DNA of 24,000 nucleotides, from positions 55,995 to 79,994 of the forward strand of contig JAZGFN010000011.1 of the NCBI GenBank assembly GCA_036479695.1. The letters are read 5' to 3'. Of the stretch, positions 7,930 through 15,809 are shown in pieces. Positions within the stretch are counted from its first letter, which is position 1, and each line of letters begins with the position of its first letter. A program made the translations under genes and the position numbers. The stretch comes from Paracoccaceae bacterium (GTDB lineage Bacteria > Pseudomonadota > Alphaproteobacteria > Rhodobacterales > Rhodobacteraceae). Under the pieces are notes generated by a model. The model did not search any database. It worked only from the letters and a program-made list of their open reading frames with translations, and was not told the DNA's origin.

Positions 7930-9591
7930 CTAGCCTTTGGCCCCGTCGCGGATCAGTTTCCAGTTGATCGCATCAAGCAGTGCCTGAAATGACGCATCGA
8001 CAATATTTGCCGAAACCCCGACCGTCGACCAGCGCTGCCCCTGCGCATCTTGTGAGTCAATCAAAACACGGGTCACAGCCTCGGTGCCGCCGTTGGTTAT
8101 GCGGACCTTGAAATCTACCAGCCTCATATCATCGATATATTTCTGATATGGCCCAAGATCTTTGCCGAGCGCCCTGCTAAGCGCATTGACCGGACCCTGA
8201 TCATGATCATCATCCATGCCGTGACTTTCAGAGGCGCTGATCACCCGTTCACCAGAGATTTTGGCGACCACAACGGCCTCGGAAACCGTAATCATCTGTT
8301 TCAGGGCATTTTGGCGCCGCTCCACAGTCACACGGTAACGCTCAATCTCAAAAAACCGTGGCATAGTGCCCAAAACATCGCGCGCCAGCAGATCAAAACT
8401 GGCCTGTGCGCTGTCATAAGCATAGCCCTTATCCTCACGTTCTTTGACCCGCTCAAGGATCGCGGACAGCGCCGGATCACCCTTGGCAACCTCAATCCCG
8501 GCATCTTGCAGGCGGGCGCGCAGGTTTGACTGGCCGGCCTGATTAGACATTGGCACGGTGCGGGTATTACCGACAACCTCGGGCGGGATATGTTCATAGG
8601 TGCTGGGATCTTTGAGGATCGCACTGGCGTGCAGCCCCGCCTTATGCACAAACGCAGACGCCCCGACATAGGCCGCATGGGCGTTTGGCACGCGGTTCAA
8701 AATATCATCAAGCATCCTCGACAGGCGCGTCAGATTGGCCAAATCGGCGCGGTTAACCCCGATATCATACTGGCTGGCGTAGGGTTCTTTCAGCAAAAGC
8801 GTCGGGATCAGGCTGGTGAGGTTGGCGTTGCCGCAACGTTCCCCCAGCCCGTTGAGCGTACCTTGAATTTGGCGCGCGCCCGCATCCACCGCCGCCAGGC
8901 TGTTGGCCACGGCATGTTCGGTGTCATTATGGGTGTGAATGGCGATGTGATCCCCGGGAATGCCAGCCCTGATCACCGCTTTGACAGCCATGCGCACATC
9001 ATCCGGCATCGCACCGCCATTGGTATCACATAAAACGATCCAGCGTGCCCCGGCATCATGGGCGGCCATAACGCATTCCAGCGTGTAATCGGGGTTGGAT
9101 TTATAGCCGTCAAAGAAATGTTCCGCGTCAAACAGCGCCTCACGTTTCAGGGATTTCAGATGGGCGAATGATGCACGGATATTTTCGACGTTTTCTGCCA
9201 AACTAATGCCCAGCGCCGTTGTCACGTGGAAATCATGGGACTTGCCAACCAGACAAACCGCGGGGGTATTGGCGTTGGTTACCGCGGCCAGCACATCATC
9301 ATTTTCCGCCGAGCGCCCGGCCCGTTTGGTCATGCCAAAGGCCGTGAATATGGCTGATTGCAGCTTGGGCGGATGGGCGAAAAACTCGGAATCCGTCGGG
9401 TTGGCGCCGGGCCATCCCCCCTCAATATAATCCAACCCCAACGTATCGAGCGCATCGGCAATACGCACCTTATCCTTGGCCGAAAAATCCACACCGTGGG
9501 TCTGCTGACCATCACGCAGGGTGGTGTCATATAGGTAAAGACGTTCACGCATCGTATTTTCCTTTGTGCGCTGTGTTACGATGTTTGCCAT
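7930..9591 (-). CDS. cimA: citramalate synthase / LeuA-related (2-isopropylmalate synthase family)
   Basis: LYDTTLRDGQQTHGVDFSAKDKVRIADALDTLGLDYIEGGWPGANPTD plus HTHNDTEHAVANSLAAV, with a long C-terminal regulatory region. The ATG at 9591 overlaps the cysS stop (TAATG); M14 is an alternative start. Confidence 0.8.
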   Translation of the reverse strand: MANIVTQRTKENTMRERLYLYDTTLRDGQQTHGVDFSAKDKVRIADALDTLGLDYIEGGWPGANPTDSEFFAHPPKLQSAIFTAFGMTKRAGRSAENDDVLAAVTNANTPAVCLVGKSHDFHVTTALGISLAENVENIRASFAHLKSLKREALFDAEHFFDGYKSNPDYTLECVMAAHDAGARWIVLCDTNGGAMPDDVRMAVKAVIRAGIPGDHIAIHTHNDTEHAVANSLAAVDAGARQIQGTLNGLGERCGNANLTSLIPTLLLKEPYASQYDIGVNRADLANLTRLSRMLDDILNRVPNAHAAYVGASAFVHKAGLHASAILKDPSTYEHIPPEVVGNTRTVPMSNQAGQSNLRARLQDAGIEVAKGDPALSAILERVKEREDKGYAYDSAQASFDLLARDVLGTMPRFFEIERYRVTVERRQNALKQMITVSEAVVVAKISGERVISASESHGMDDDHDQGPVNALSRALGKDLGPYQKYIDDMRLVDFKVRITNGGTEAVTRVLIDSQDAQGQRWSTVGVSANIVDASFQALLDAINWKLIRDGAKG

Positions 9592-10982
9592 TACAATACC
9601 TCTAGCTTTGCAGGGTCAAAATTCGATGTAATTTCCGGAATAACACTGTCTTTTCCAACCATCAGTTTTACGCCCGCGGCGACCATACCGGATTTGAGAC
9701 GATCCGCCTCCTCCCAATCTTTTGCCGCGCGGGCCGCCATAAGTTGGGCGATGAGTTGCTCAAGCTTGGTATTCGTGTCGCCTGACAGTACCTGATCCGC
9801 CCGGGTGCCATCAAACAGCCCCAGTAGATTAATCGACGATAGGAACATCCCCCGTTGGATAGGGCAGTTTTTACCCCCGTCATTCGCGATCTCTTTGGCC
9901 ATTTCATGCAATCGGGTCATCGCACCGGATATGTTCATATCCTGCGTAAGCGCATCAACCACGCCTTGGTCGATATTCCCCGAGGTTTGCGCATCTTTCG
10001 CAAGTTCGTGCCAATGGCGCAATGTAGCCTCGGCGTGTTTTACCTTTTGCGCAGTCCAATCCATCGGTGATCGGTAATGCGTGGAAAGCAGCACAAAGCG
10101 GATCACTTCGCCTGCAATCCCCTGATCCAACAAGTCGCGCACAGTAAAGAAATTGCCCAAGGATTTAGACATTTTTTTGCCCTCGACCTGCAACATTTCA
10201 TTGTGCATCCAGATGTTAGCAAACCCGCCAGAAGGGTTGGCGCAGCAGCTTTGGGCGATCTCATTTTCATGGTGGGGAAACTGCAAATCCAGCCCGCCGC
10301 CGTGGATATCAAAACTTTCGCCCAGCAAATCCAGCGCCATGGCTGAACACTCAATATGCCAGCCCGGACGCCCAAATCCCCAAGGGCTTTCCCAGCCCGG
10401 TTGATCGCCGCTGGAAGGTTTCCAGAGCACAAAATCCATCGGATCGCGTTTGTAATCGGCAATTTCAACCCGCGCACCGGCGCGCATATCCGCCAGCTTG
10501 CGCCCGGACAGCGCGCCGTAATCTGCATAGGAATTAACGTCAAACAGCACATGGCCCTCGGCGGCATAGGCGTGCCCCTTATCGATTAGATCAGCGATCA
10601 TCTTAACCATTTGCGGGATGTATTGCGTGGCCCGTGGCTCATGGGTTGGGCGCAGATTACCGATGGCCGTCATATCCTGATGATACCAGTCGATGGTTTC
10701 ATCCGTAACATCGCGGATCGACTGGCCCGTTTCAGCAGCTTTGGCGTTGATCTTATCATCAACATCCGTAAAATTGCGCACATAATGCACGCCGTAATGG
10801 CCATAAACATGGCGCAATAGGCGAAACAGTACATCAAACACCACCTCGGCGCGCGCGTTACCCACATGGGCGCGGTCGTACACTGTCGGGCCACAGACAT
10901 ACATGCGCACATTATCCGGATCAATCGGCGCAAAAACTTCTTTGCTGCGGGTCTTGGTGTTATACAATTTTATCTCGGTCAT
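9591..10982 (-). CDS. cysS: cysteine--tRNA ligase
   Basis: Class I signatures HVGNARA (HIGH-like) and KMSKSLGN. 463 aa. Confidence 0.95.
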   Translation of the reverse strand: MTEIKLYNTKTRSKEVFAPIDPDNVRMYVCGPTVYDRAHVGNARAEVVFDVLFRLLRHVYGHYGVHYVRNFTDVDDKINAKAAETGQSIRDVTDETIDWYHQDMTAIGNLRPTHEPRATQYIPQMVKMIADLIDKGHAYAAEGHVLFDVNSYADYGALSGRKLADMRAGARVEIADYKRDPMDFVLWKPSSGDQPGWESPWGFGRPGWHIECSAMALDLLGESFDIHGGGLDLQFPHHENEIAQSCCANPSGGFANIWMHNEMLQVEGKKMSKSLGNFFTVRDLLDQGIAGEVIRFVLLSTHYRSPMDWTAQKVKHAEATLRHWHELAKDAQTSGNIDQGVVDALTQDMNISGAMTRLHEMAKEIANDGGKNCPIQRGMFLSSINLLGLFDGTRADQVLSGDTNTKLEQLIAQLMAARAAKDWEEADRLKSGMVAAGVKLMVGKDSVIPEITSNFDPAKLEVL

Positions 10983-11072
10983 AGGCTTTCCAAACGGTTC
11001 TTTACCGTGGCGGGCCTAGCATTTTGATCAGGGATTGAAAACACAAGAACGCGCCACAGACGATGTCAGTGG

Positions 11073-11098
11073 ATAATGCAAATCTCAATAATGCAAAT
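11073..11098. repeat. 11-bp direct repeat ataatgcaaat x2, 15-bp period
   Basis: Copies at 11073-11083 and 11088-11098 in the 436-bp AT-rich cysS/decarboxylase divergent region. Confidence 0.85.
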
Positions 11099-11216
11099 TG
11101 CGTTTTTCATGCGCATGTTGTGCCAGCAAGCAGCGCAGAGGTCAAGCCTGTTGATTTTGTAGATAATTTTGATGGGTATTATGTGGTTATACATAACATG
11201 GAAAATTCTGTTTCTT

Positions 11217-11248
11217 ACTAAACTACTAAACCGGTTTAGTAGTTTAGT
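11217..11248. promoter_or_regulatory. 32-bp perfect palindrome actaaactactaaacc|ggtttagtagtttagt, candidate operator
   Basis: 16-bp arms with no spacer, sharing its 22-bp core with 6377-6404. It lies 171 nt upstream of the decarboxylase ATG and 235 nt upstream of the cysS ATG, on the opposite strand. Confidence 0.6.
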
Positions 11249-11418
11249 CATTCGCCGGTAATGAGTTGTTATTACAGTATATTTACGAAATTCAGTAATA
11301 ATTTACGGTCAAATATGGTGGTCGCACCTGCGGTATTTTACAATAGTCTATGCATAGGTAATTTACCTTGCTCCCATGCAGGCGAACTGGCAGTTTTGGA
11401 GAGATTGGGGGGATAGAT

Positions 11419-12831
11419 ATGAAATTATCAGAATACACGAAATGGAGCGCCCGGGCCAGTGAATGGGCCACGCGCTATTTTGCCAACCTTCGGGCGCAGC
11501 CGGTGCGCGCGCAGGTAAAACCGGGCGATATTTTGGCAGAACTCCCCCTTGCCCCCCCTGAGCAGCCGGAATCCATGGACAGGGTTTTTACCGATTTCGA
11601 GCGCATCATCCCCAAGGGCATGACCCATTGGCAGCACCCCCGGTTTTTCGCCTATTTCCCCGCCAATGCCGCCCCCGCCAGCATGATTGCCGAGCAATTG
11701 ACCGCGGCAATGGCGGCGAATGCATTGCTGTGGCAGACCTCTCCGGTCGCCACCGAGCTTGAGCAGCGCATGGTTGACTGGCTGCGCCAGGCGCTTGGCC
11801 TGCCGGGTGGTTTTAGCGGTGTTATTCAGGATAGCGCTACGTCCGCGACCCTGTCGGCAATCCTGACCATGCGCGAACGTGCGCTTGATTGGCAGGGGAT
11901 AAAATCGGGGGTGGCGGGCACGGTGCAAACTCGTATTTACGCCAGCGCGCAGACCCATAGTTCCATCGATAAAGGTGTTTGGGTCGCAGGGGTCGGGCAG
12001 GATAATCTGGTGAAAATCCCCACTGACGCGCGGTTTGCCATGTGCCCTGATGCCCTGCGTGCTGCGATTTCTGCGGACCGTGCGGCAGGCATGTTACCGG
12101 CAGGGATTGTGTTATGCGTGGGCGGCACGGCGATCGGGGCTTCGGATAATCTGCGCGAAATCATTGCAATTGCCAAGGCGGAAAACCTTTATACCCATGT
12201 GGATGCGGCCTGGGCCGGCTCGGCGATGATCTGTCCTGAGCTGCGCGATATCTGGGACGGTGTTGAAGACGCTGACAGCATTGTCTTTAATCCGCATAAA
12301 TGGCTGGGCGCGCATTTTGACTGCTCGGTGCAGTTTCTGGCCGACCCCGCGCCGCAGTTGCGCACATTGGGCCTGCGCCCGGATTATCTGCAAACGCTCA
12401 ACCAATCCGAGGTGGTGAATTTCAATGAGTGGACCATCCCGCTCGGCCGTCGTTTTCGCGCCCTTAAACTGTGGTTTTTGCTGCGCGCCTATGGGCTGGA
12501 GGGCCTGCGAGAACGTATTCGCAATCATATCATTTGGGCCAATGAAGCCGCCAAACGTACCGCCAGCCTGCCCGGATTTCGCCTGACTACCCCTATAAAT
12601 TTTTCGCTATTCACGTTTCAATTCGCGCCAGACGGCCAAGATCCAAACACCACAACCCGCACCTTGCTGGAGGCCGTGAATAACGACGGGCGCATATATC
12701 TTAGCCATGCTCTGGTTGAGGATAAATTCGTCATACGCATGCAGGTCGGCCAATTTGATTGCACCCGCGACGACGTTATGTTGGCGGTTAAGGTGCTGCG
12801 CGAGCTGTCCCAAAGGCGCGCAACTATTTAA
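11419..12831 (+). CDS. group II PLP-dependent decarboxylase (aromatic-L-amino-acid/tyrosine decarboxylase-like)
   Basis: ATG 11419 is preceded by GGAGAGATTGGGGGG. Motifs HWQHPRFFAYFP and the PLP-lysine motif FNPHKWL. I rejected the upstream TTG 11368 start from the ORF track. Confidence 0.85.
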   Translation: MKLSEYTKWSARASEWATRYFANLRAQPVRAQVKPGDILAELPLAPPEQPESMDRVFTDFERIIPKGMTHWQHPRFFAYFPANAAPASMIAEQLTAAMAANALLWQTSPVATELEQRMVDWLRQALGLPGGFSGVIQDSATSATLSAILTMRERALDWQGIKSGVAGTVQTRIYASAQTHSSIDKGVWVAGVGQDNLVKIPTDARFAMCPDALRAAISADRAAGMLPAGIVLCVGGTAIGASDNLREIIAIAKAENLYTHVDAAWAGSAMICPELRDIWDGVEDADSIVFNPHKWLGAHFDCSVQFLADPAPQLRTLGLRPDYLQTLNQSEVVNFNEWTIPLGRRFRALKLWFLLRAYGLEGLRERIRNHIIWANEAAKRTASLPGFRLTTPINFSLFTFQFAPDGQDPNTTTRTLLEAVNNDGRIYLSHALVEDKFVIRMQVGQFDCTRDDVMLAVKVLRELSQRRATI

Positions 12832-12940
12832 CGGCGCGGATAATCATGTGCATGTTTGCTCTGATCCCATGGTTTGTGGCTATTTGAATAACGGACATGA
12901 ATGTATGGACATATGCGATCATGTCTGCTCAACCATAAGT

Positions 12941-12968
12941 AAAGCCGCGTCAATGAGCGCGGCTTTTT
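12941..12968 (+). terminator. rho-independent terminator downstream of the decarboxylase
   Basis: aaagccgcg-tcaatgag-cgcggcttt forms a 9-bp stem with an 8-nt loop and runs into ttttt. Confidence 0.7.
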
Positions 12969-13096
12969 CGAGCGCCTGTGATGTGCAGAATGCCAATCCC
13001 GACAGCCGGATTTTGCCGGACTGCAACTGCATACTTGCATTTATAGCGCTTTTTGGTAAGGTTATTTTTTTGCGATTCCACTTTAGGGATAGTTAT

Positions 13097-13662
13097 ATGC
13101 GATCTATAATTTTTGTATTTGGGATAATTCTTGCTACAGTCTCTACCGGTATTGAAGCACAAGAATGCCAGAGTATTGAAGCAGAACACCAACAACGACA
13201 AAAATTCCCAACGACGATGATGGCGCATGGTACGTCACCACCACTGTCTCGGAAATGACAGACGATACGACGGTGACTATGAAGGTGAAATCCGAACAAA
13301 TATTGAGTTGCGGCTATACACCGGCAAAAGCATTGCTGGTCATACGGTGTATGGAAAACAGAACTTCCTTTTTTATATCTACCGAATGCCATTTGGCCAG
13401 TGGACATGGTGGATATGGCAGTGTGACCTATAGACTTGATGATCACGATGCCATTACTAAAGAATTTGATGCCAGCAGCAACAATGCTGCGCTGGGGCTT
13501 TGGTTCGGTAGTGAGGCAATCCCTGTAGTCAAAAATATGTTTGACAATGATTCCGCTATCTTCAGGTTTATGCCGTATAATAAATCCACTGTTACTGCGC
13601 GCTTCAACATCACAGGCCTTAGAAAACAGATCACGCCGCTGCGCGAAGCGTGTGGCTGGTAG
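13097..13662 (+). pseudogene. VasI/TagO-like (VC_A0118-type) secreted protein, split by a frameshift
   Basis: ATG 13097 is preceded by AGGGA and opens a signal peptide MRSIIFVFGIILATVSTGIEA|QEC. That frame stops at 13256-13258. The body (open from 13180, first ATG 13255, ending ...ITGLRKQITPLREACGW at 13662) is in the -1 frame. An A5 run at 13200-13204 lies in the overlap. Confidence 0.6.
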
Positions 13663-13672
13663 ATTTAATAAA

Positions 13673-13726
13673 TATACGCTATTCCGTAAATTACTTCTTG
13701 CAAACACATACGCCATAGCGTATAAT
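13673..13726 (+). promoter_or_regulatory. sigma70-type promoter of the TA operon with flanking inverted repeat (candidate autorepression operator)
   Basis: TTGCAA (13698-13703), a 17-nt spacer, then TATAAT (13721-13726). A 10-bp inverted repeat tatacgctat (13673-13682) / atagcgtata (13715-13724) has its right arm overlapping the -10. Confidence 0.65.
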
Positions 13727-13752
13727 AAAAGTAAGGAAACACGGAACAGGCA

Positions 13753-13989
13753 ATGCAAGTCATCATCACCAACACCGCCGCCAAAGACCTTCGCAAGATG
13801 CCCAAAAGGGATGCGGCAGCTATTCTGGTTAAGCTGGATATCTATGCCACAAAGGGCGTTGGGGATGTTACGAAGCTGCAAGGACGCGACGGATATCGCC
13901 TGCGCCACGGCAAATATCGCGCCATTTTTGAAATCAACGGCGATGTGATCGTGTTGATCATCGCGCACCGTAGCAAAGTTTACAAATAG
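13753..13989 (+). CDS. type II toxin, RelE/ParE superfamily (HigB-like gene order)
   Basis: 78 aa. ...KLQGRDGYRLRHGKYRAIFEINGDVIVLIIAHRSKVY fits the RelE/ParE pattern. The toxin gene precedes the antitoxin gene. Confidence 0.85.
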   Translation: MQVIITNTAAKDLRKMPKRDAAAILVKLDIYATKGVGDVTKLQGRDGYRLRHGKYRAIFEINGDVIVLIIAHRSKVYK

Positions 13990-13998
13990 GAGGCAGAA

Positions 13999-14343
13999 AT
14001 GCACATCGAAATGAACAAAGAAGGCGCAGAAATGGTTGTGCTTACCCGGGGCGAGTTTGACGACATGACCTTTGACAACGCCGCCTTTGACGCCGCGCAA
14101 CGGGATCGCGCCGATCTGACCATTACCAGCCGCGACATAAAGGCCATTCTGTCCGGCACCCTGCACCCGCTGACCGCGTGGCGCAAAGCGGCTGGCTTTA
14201 CGCAAAGCCAACTGGCCGAACGCGCCAAAACCCGCACCGCAACCATTAGCGACATTGAAGGCGCGCGCATCGATCCCCGCATTAGCACCCTGCAAAATAT
14301 TGCCGCCGCGCTGGGGCTGGATGTTGATGATATTACTAGTTGA
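13999..14343 (+). CDS. antitoxin with C-terminal XRE-type HTH (HigA-like)
   Basis: 114 aa. The HTH LTAWRKAAGFTQSQLAERAKTRTATISDIEGARIDPRISTLQNIAAALG sits in the C-terminal half, after an acidic N-terminal extension. It starts 10 nt after the toxin stop, with AGGAGG upstream. Confidence 0.85.
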   Translation: MHIEMNKEGAEMVVLTRGEFDDMTFDNAAFDAAQRDRADLTITSRDIKAILSGTLHPLTAWRKAAGFTQSQLAERAKTRTATISDIEGARIDPRISTLQNIAAALGLDVDDITS

Positions 14344-14360
14344 GACCCTTATCTGCCCTA

Positions 14361-14444
14361 TCGCAGGTCGGCCAGTTTGATTGCACTCGAAACGACGTTA
14401 TGTTGGCGGTGGATGTGTTACAGGAGCTATCCCAAAGCCTTTAA
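14361..14444 (+). pseudogene. displaced 3' fragment of the PLP-decarboxylase gene
   Basis: It translates in frame as SQVGQFDCTRNDVMLAVDVLQELSQSL-stop, versus MQVGQFDCTRDDVMLAVKVLRELSQRRATI-stop at the live gene end. There is no upstream coding continuity (in-frame TAG at 14337). Confidence 0.8.
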
Positions 14445-15691
14445 TCCATGATTAATGCATCAATATCCCTGCGTACAAGTTCCGACGCAACGGGATTAAA
14501 ATCTTTGTCCAAGGCATTGTTTGCATTGTCAAATATATAGTGTAACTGCGGTTGGCCAGCAGTAAGCCCGGAAATCGGCACCACGTATGAACGGGTCATA
14601 TGCATCTGTGTGCGATAGGCGCAAAGAACGCTGTCACCGATCTCGCAGCGCTGGCCACGCGTTGGTAAAAACTGCATGTGATAGTCAATATCCTGAGGCA
14701 CATCATGGCGATATTCCACCCGGTTATTGCGCGCATCCTGCCAATTTGCGCCCACCAACCCCTCGACTTTATCGCCATAAGCCGTGTGATAGACCCCGCC
14801 CCCGTAAGCATAGGCGCGACCCTCATAAAAATGCGAGATTTCGCTTATATAGACAAACGCCGTGCGCTCTGCCAGATCATTGCGAAAGGCGTTGTTTGGC
14901 ACTGTCCCGAGCAAGGCATTCCCCGGCTCTACATGTGTGGCCCCGCAGCTTTTCAAAAGTGCCATATCCGCACAAGATGTGTTACCCGGCGCGTTAATCT
15001 GGTGAACCTCAACCCCAAGAGCGCGTAATTGTTCAGCCGCGCGGATGATCGTATGCATGTTTGGCGTGATCTCGACCCGCTCAGCCGCGGTTTCATTATA
15101 GCGCAAACACGGAAATGCGGTGACGCCGATCAGCCTGACGTTTGGCATGGCCTTCAGGGCTGTCACCAGCGCCGGAATTTCGCCCTCGGCAAATCCGCCT
15201 TCTTGCCCCGTAAAAAATACGTCCTCTGGCGCATGAACCCTGATCAGCAGGTCCTGTATGATCCCAAGCTTTGCTGCCGTGCGATCAATCCAGCTGGCAT
15301 GTTCTACGTTGTAAATGGTGATGACCTCGGGGCGCATGGCCACGACCTTTGCCATCTGGTGTTGGGGTATCTGGTTAAGATGCCCCGCATGGCCCAGCGG
15401 CAATCCATAGCGCGCCGCGTGCAGACAACAGGTCGCATCCACCGCGACAATCTTGTGCAAGCCCTGCCCCAACGCAATCGCGTTGATATAGGGGTTACGG
15501 TTATGCTGTTTAGACATCAGATATGTGGTCAAACCTTGCGCCCGTGCCGCATGCGCCAACGCAGCAGCATTGTCAGCAATTGCATCAAGGTCCACCACCC
15601 AGGAATTGGCCGGTATCAGCCCCTTTTGGTGCATTTCGAGCGCCGCCTGACATAATGCCGGGCTTTTTTCCAAAACATGATCCAGATACAT
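14441..15691 (-). CDS. YhfX-like PLP-dependent enzyme (alanine racemase fold, putative amino-acid racemase)
   Basis: 416 aa. YLMSKQHNRNPYI, GHAGHLNQIP, INAPGNTSC, THVEPGNALLGT and ISEISH all parallel E. coli YhfX as I recall it. Confidence 0.75.
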   Translation of the reverse strand: MYLDHVLEKSPALCQAALEMHQKGLIPANSWVVDLDAIADNAAALAHAARAQGLTTYLMSKQHNRNPYINAIALGQGLHKIVAVDATCCLHAARYGLPLGHAGHLNQIPQHQMAKVVAMRPEVITIYNVEHASWIDRTAAKLGIIQDLLIRVHAPEDVFFTGQEGGFAEGEIPALVTALKAMPNVRLIGVTAFPCLRYNETAAERVEITPNMHTIIRAAEQLRALGVEVHQINAPGNTSCADMALLKSCGATHVEPGNALLGTVPNNAFRNDLAERTAFVYISEISHFYEGRAYAYGGGVYHTAYGDKVEGLVGANWQDARNNRVEYRHDVPQDIDYHMQFLPTRGQRCEIGDSVLCAYRTQMHMTRSYVVPISGLTAGQPQLHYIFDNANNALDKDFNPVASELVRRDIDALIMD

Positions 15692-15809
15692 TTTGCCGCC
15701 TCCCCCCTCAAAATATTGAAATATATTATTGGTAAATGCTACTATCGCTTTTCATCGATGCCTAATAGAATACCATTGATAAGTATACACATAATATAAG
15801 GAATTCACC

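Larger units (their letters stand above)
12741..14437. mobile_element. about 1.6-kb inserted segment (integrase-less mini-island) bounded by diverged direct repeats of the decarboxylase 3' end
   Basis: Repeats at 12741-12816 and 14363-14437 are identical at 63 of 76 positions (my count) and share a 19-nt identical core. The cargo is a terminator, an AT-rich spacer, a disrupted VasI-like gene and a TA pair. Confidence 0.55.

Noticed and set aside
11066-11251. A 61-aa minus-strand ORF in the cysS/decarboxylase intergenic region
   Set aside because: It is AT-rich and Ile/Asn/Lys-biased, starts inside the 32-bp palindrome, and has no RBS. It is better explained as regulatory DNA.
13093-14295. 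A 400-aa ORF on the minus strand runs antisense across the VasI-like gene, the TA promoter region, the toxin and most of the antitoxin. It is the longest shadow ORF in the window.
   Set aside because: All three plus-strand genes share one frame, and this ORF is codon-aligned antisense to them. It stays open only because in-frame TTA, CTA and TCA are absent from those genes and from the 30 intergenic codons. It begins at a TTG with no Shine-Dalgarno and has no ATG for about 190 codons. Its composition (rich in G/A/R/C/H, e.g. HNHFCAFFVHFDVHFCLLFVNF) looks like antisense translation. The plus-strand genes have clear family signatures. Ribo-seq or proteomics could overturn this.
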